Below are positions 63,056-64,000 of a stretch of DNA of 64,000 bases, in pieces. This DNA comes from Obrimoposthia wandeli. Taxonomy: Eukaryota. Within the stretch, counting starts at the first letter, position 1. Every line of letters starts with the position of its first letter. The notes under the pieces are model-generated. The model saw nothing but the letters and a program-made list of their open reading frames with translations, had not been told where the DNA came from and did not search any database. A program made the position numbers and the translations under genes. Location: the NCBI GenBank assembly GCA_977020255.1, contig CDROCS010004649.1, forward strand, positions 1 to 64,000. Reading direction: 5' to 3'.

Positions 63056-63871
63056 AAAAATGGCCGCTTCTAGCCGATTCCAGTAAACTAAACAGGTGAG
63101 TAGCCAATTCTGAAGCTACTTCACCTTTTCTGCTATATTTCAGTTTTTTCAGCAAGCTCTAGAGCATCATCTAAATCGATCCCCAAATATCTGACTGTGC
63201 TTTCTAGTTTTGTATATCCTAGTAACAATTGTACTGCTCGTAAATTTTTGGTTCGTTTATAAATCAGCGCAGCTTTTGTTCGGCGCATTGAATGAGTGCC
63301 GTAAGCAGTAGTATCCAATCCAATGCTACTAACCCAGCTTTTAACAATCCTTGAGTATTGTCTTGATGAGATATGCTTCTTCTTATTCGAACAGCTGGGG
63401 AATAAATAGTCATTTGGTTCGCGTCCTGTCAATCGAACCCAATCGATAACAGACTCTTGTGTGCGAGGCATTATTTCAAATCTAACAGGAGTTTGAGTTT
63501 TCTGTTGTAATATCATAGCCCGAGATTGAATTATCGTACCTAGAAATACATCTCTTATTTTTAAGCTAATGAAATCACAGGATCGCAATTTGCTATCAAT
63601 TGCGAGATCAAACATCGCCAATTCACGGTAGCATTGCTTAAGTTGTAACCTTATTCTGATTTCCCATATTTCTCTAAGCTTAAGCGGTTTCTTTTGCCCT
63701 ACCAATTTACCTTTGTTCCATGGTACTTTCGAAGCATTGTTGTATTGGGTCTCCATGATAGTCTCCTTTATCGTGTTATGGAGACTTTAGTATTATATTT
63801 TTCATGAAGAGCTTAAACCCTGCTTTAGCTGACTGTTACAAGAACGGAAATGACACAAAGCGGCCATTTTT
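63056..63871. repeat. Inverted repeat pair enclosing the small tyrosine recombinase gene
   Basis: AAAAATGGCCGCTT at 63056-63069 and its reverse complement at 63858-63871 (14 bp perfect), extending imperfectly to ~30 bp. Confidence 0.85.
63133..63756 (-). CDS. Small (207 aa) tyrosine recombinase, PWNKGKLVGQK family
   Basis: DSKLRSCD (R), GTHSMRRTK (HxxR), LLLGYTKLESTVRY (Y); no arm-binding domain and no IntI insertion. Confidence 0.9.
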   Translation of the reverse strand: METQYNNASKVPWNKGKLVGQKKPLKLREIWEIRIRLQLKQCYRELAMFDLAIDSKLRSCDFISLKIRDVFLGTIIQSRAMILQQKTQTPVRFEIMPRTQESVIDWVRLTGREPNDYLFPSCSNKKKHISSRQYSRIVKSWVSSIGLDTTAYGTHSMRRTKAALIYKRTKNLRAVQLLLGYTKLESTVRYLGIDLDDALELAEKTEI

Positions 63872-64000
63872 AACGCAGCAAACAGGCCAGGTATTATCGC
63901 GCCCCAGCCGAAGTCCCTTGTTGATCTGTTCGTTAGTGGTTGATCAGTGCGCCATAACTTGATGAACAATGAAGGCATGTTAAGCAGGACCCACTTACTC

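Noticed and set aside
61975-63915. Classical integron (IntI + attC cassettes)
   Set aside because: The recombinase lacks the IntI-specific insertion and is too short; no convincing RYYYAAC...GTTRRRY attC pairs were found.

Overview
Window from an AT-rich gammaproteobacterial chromosome (probably marine; inferred from gene style) with three parts. (1) 1-~5.95 kb: the integrase end of a prophage/genomic island, comprising a C5 DNA methyltransferase, a PrtN-family putative excisionase and a dusA-associated-type tyrosine integrase. An AT-rich RloC-like ABC-ATPase/zinc-hook/HEPN gene sits between the excisionase and the integrase. (2) ~6-41.6 kb: mostly core genes: a tryptophan/kynurenine module (KFA-like hydrolase, kynA, HAAT-family ABC transporter, thioesterase), dgt, prmA-dusB-fis, purH-purD, a TPR lipoprotein, a large polyamine uptake and gamma-glutamylation cluster with its GntR regulator, and class I fumarase. 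Several families of intergenic repeats occur here (161-bp MITE x2, 94-bp tandem, 34-bp hairpin units). (3) ~42.4-64 kb: a decaying accessory region with ISL3, IS5 and IS4 remnants, three c-di-GMP enzymes, remnants of a histidine kinase and of a CrsR-like PP2C-GHKL gene, a complete F7/che2-type chemosensory operon (with an Aer+Aer2 hybrid receptor and a CheA with a duplicated P2-like domain), a truncated phage integrase and a small 207-aa tyrosine recombinase. Best candidate for an undescribed system: a family of ~30-bp quasi-palindromic sites (about AATGNCNGCTT-N8-AAGCNGNCATT). They bracket the small recombinase gene as inverted repeats, related sites bracket the RloC-like defence gene ~60 kb away, and degenerate copies lie at module junctions. 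This suggests a non-integron cassette-mobilisation system. All alignments were done by eye; no database searches were run.
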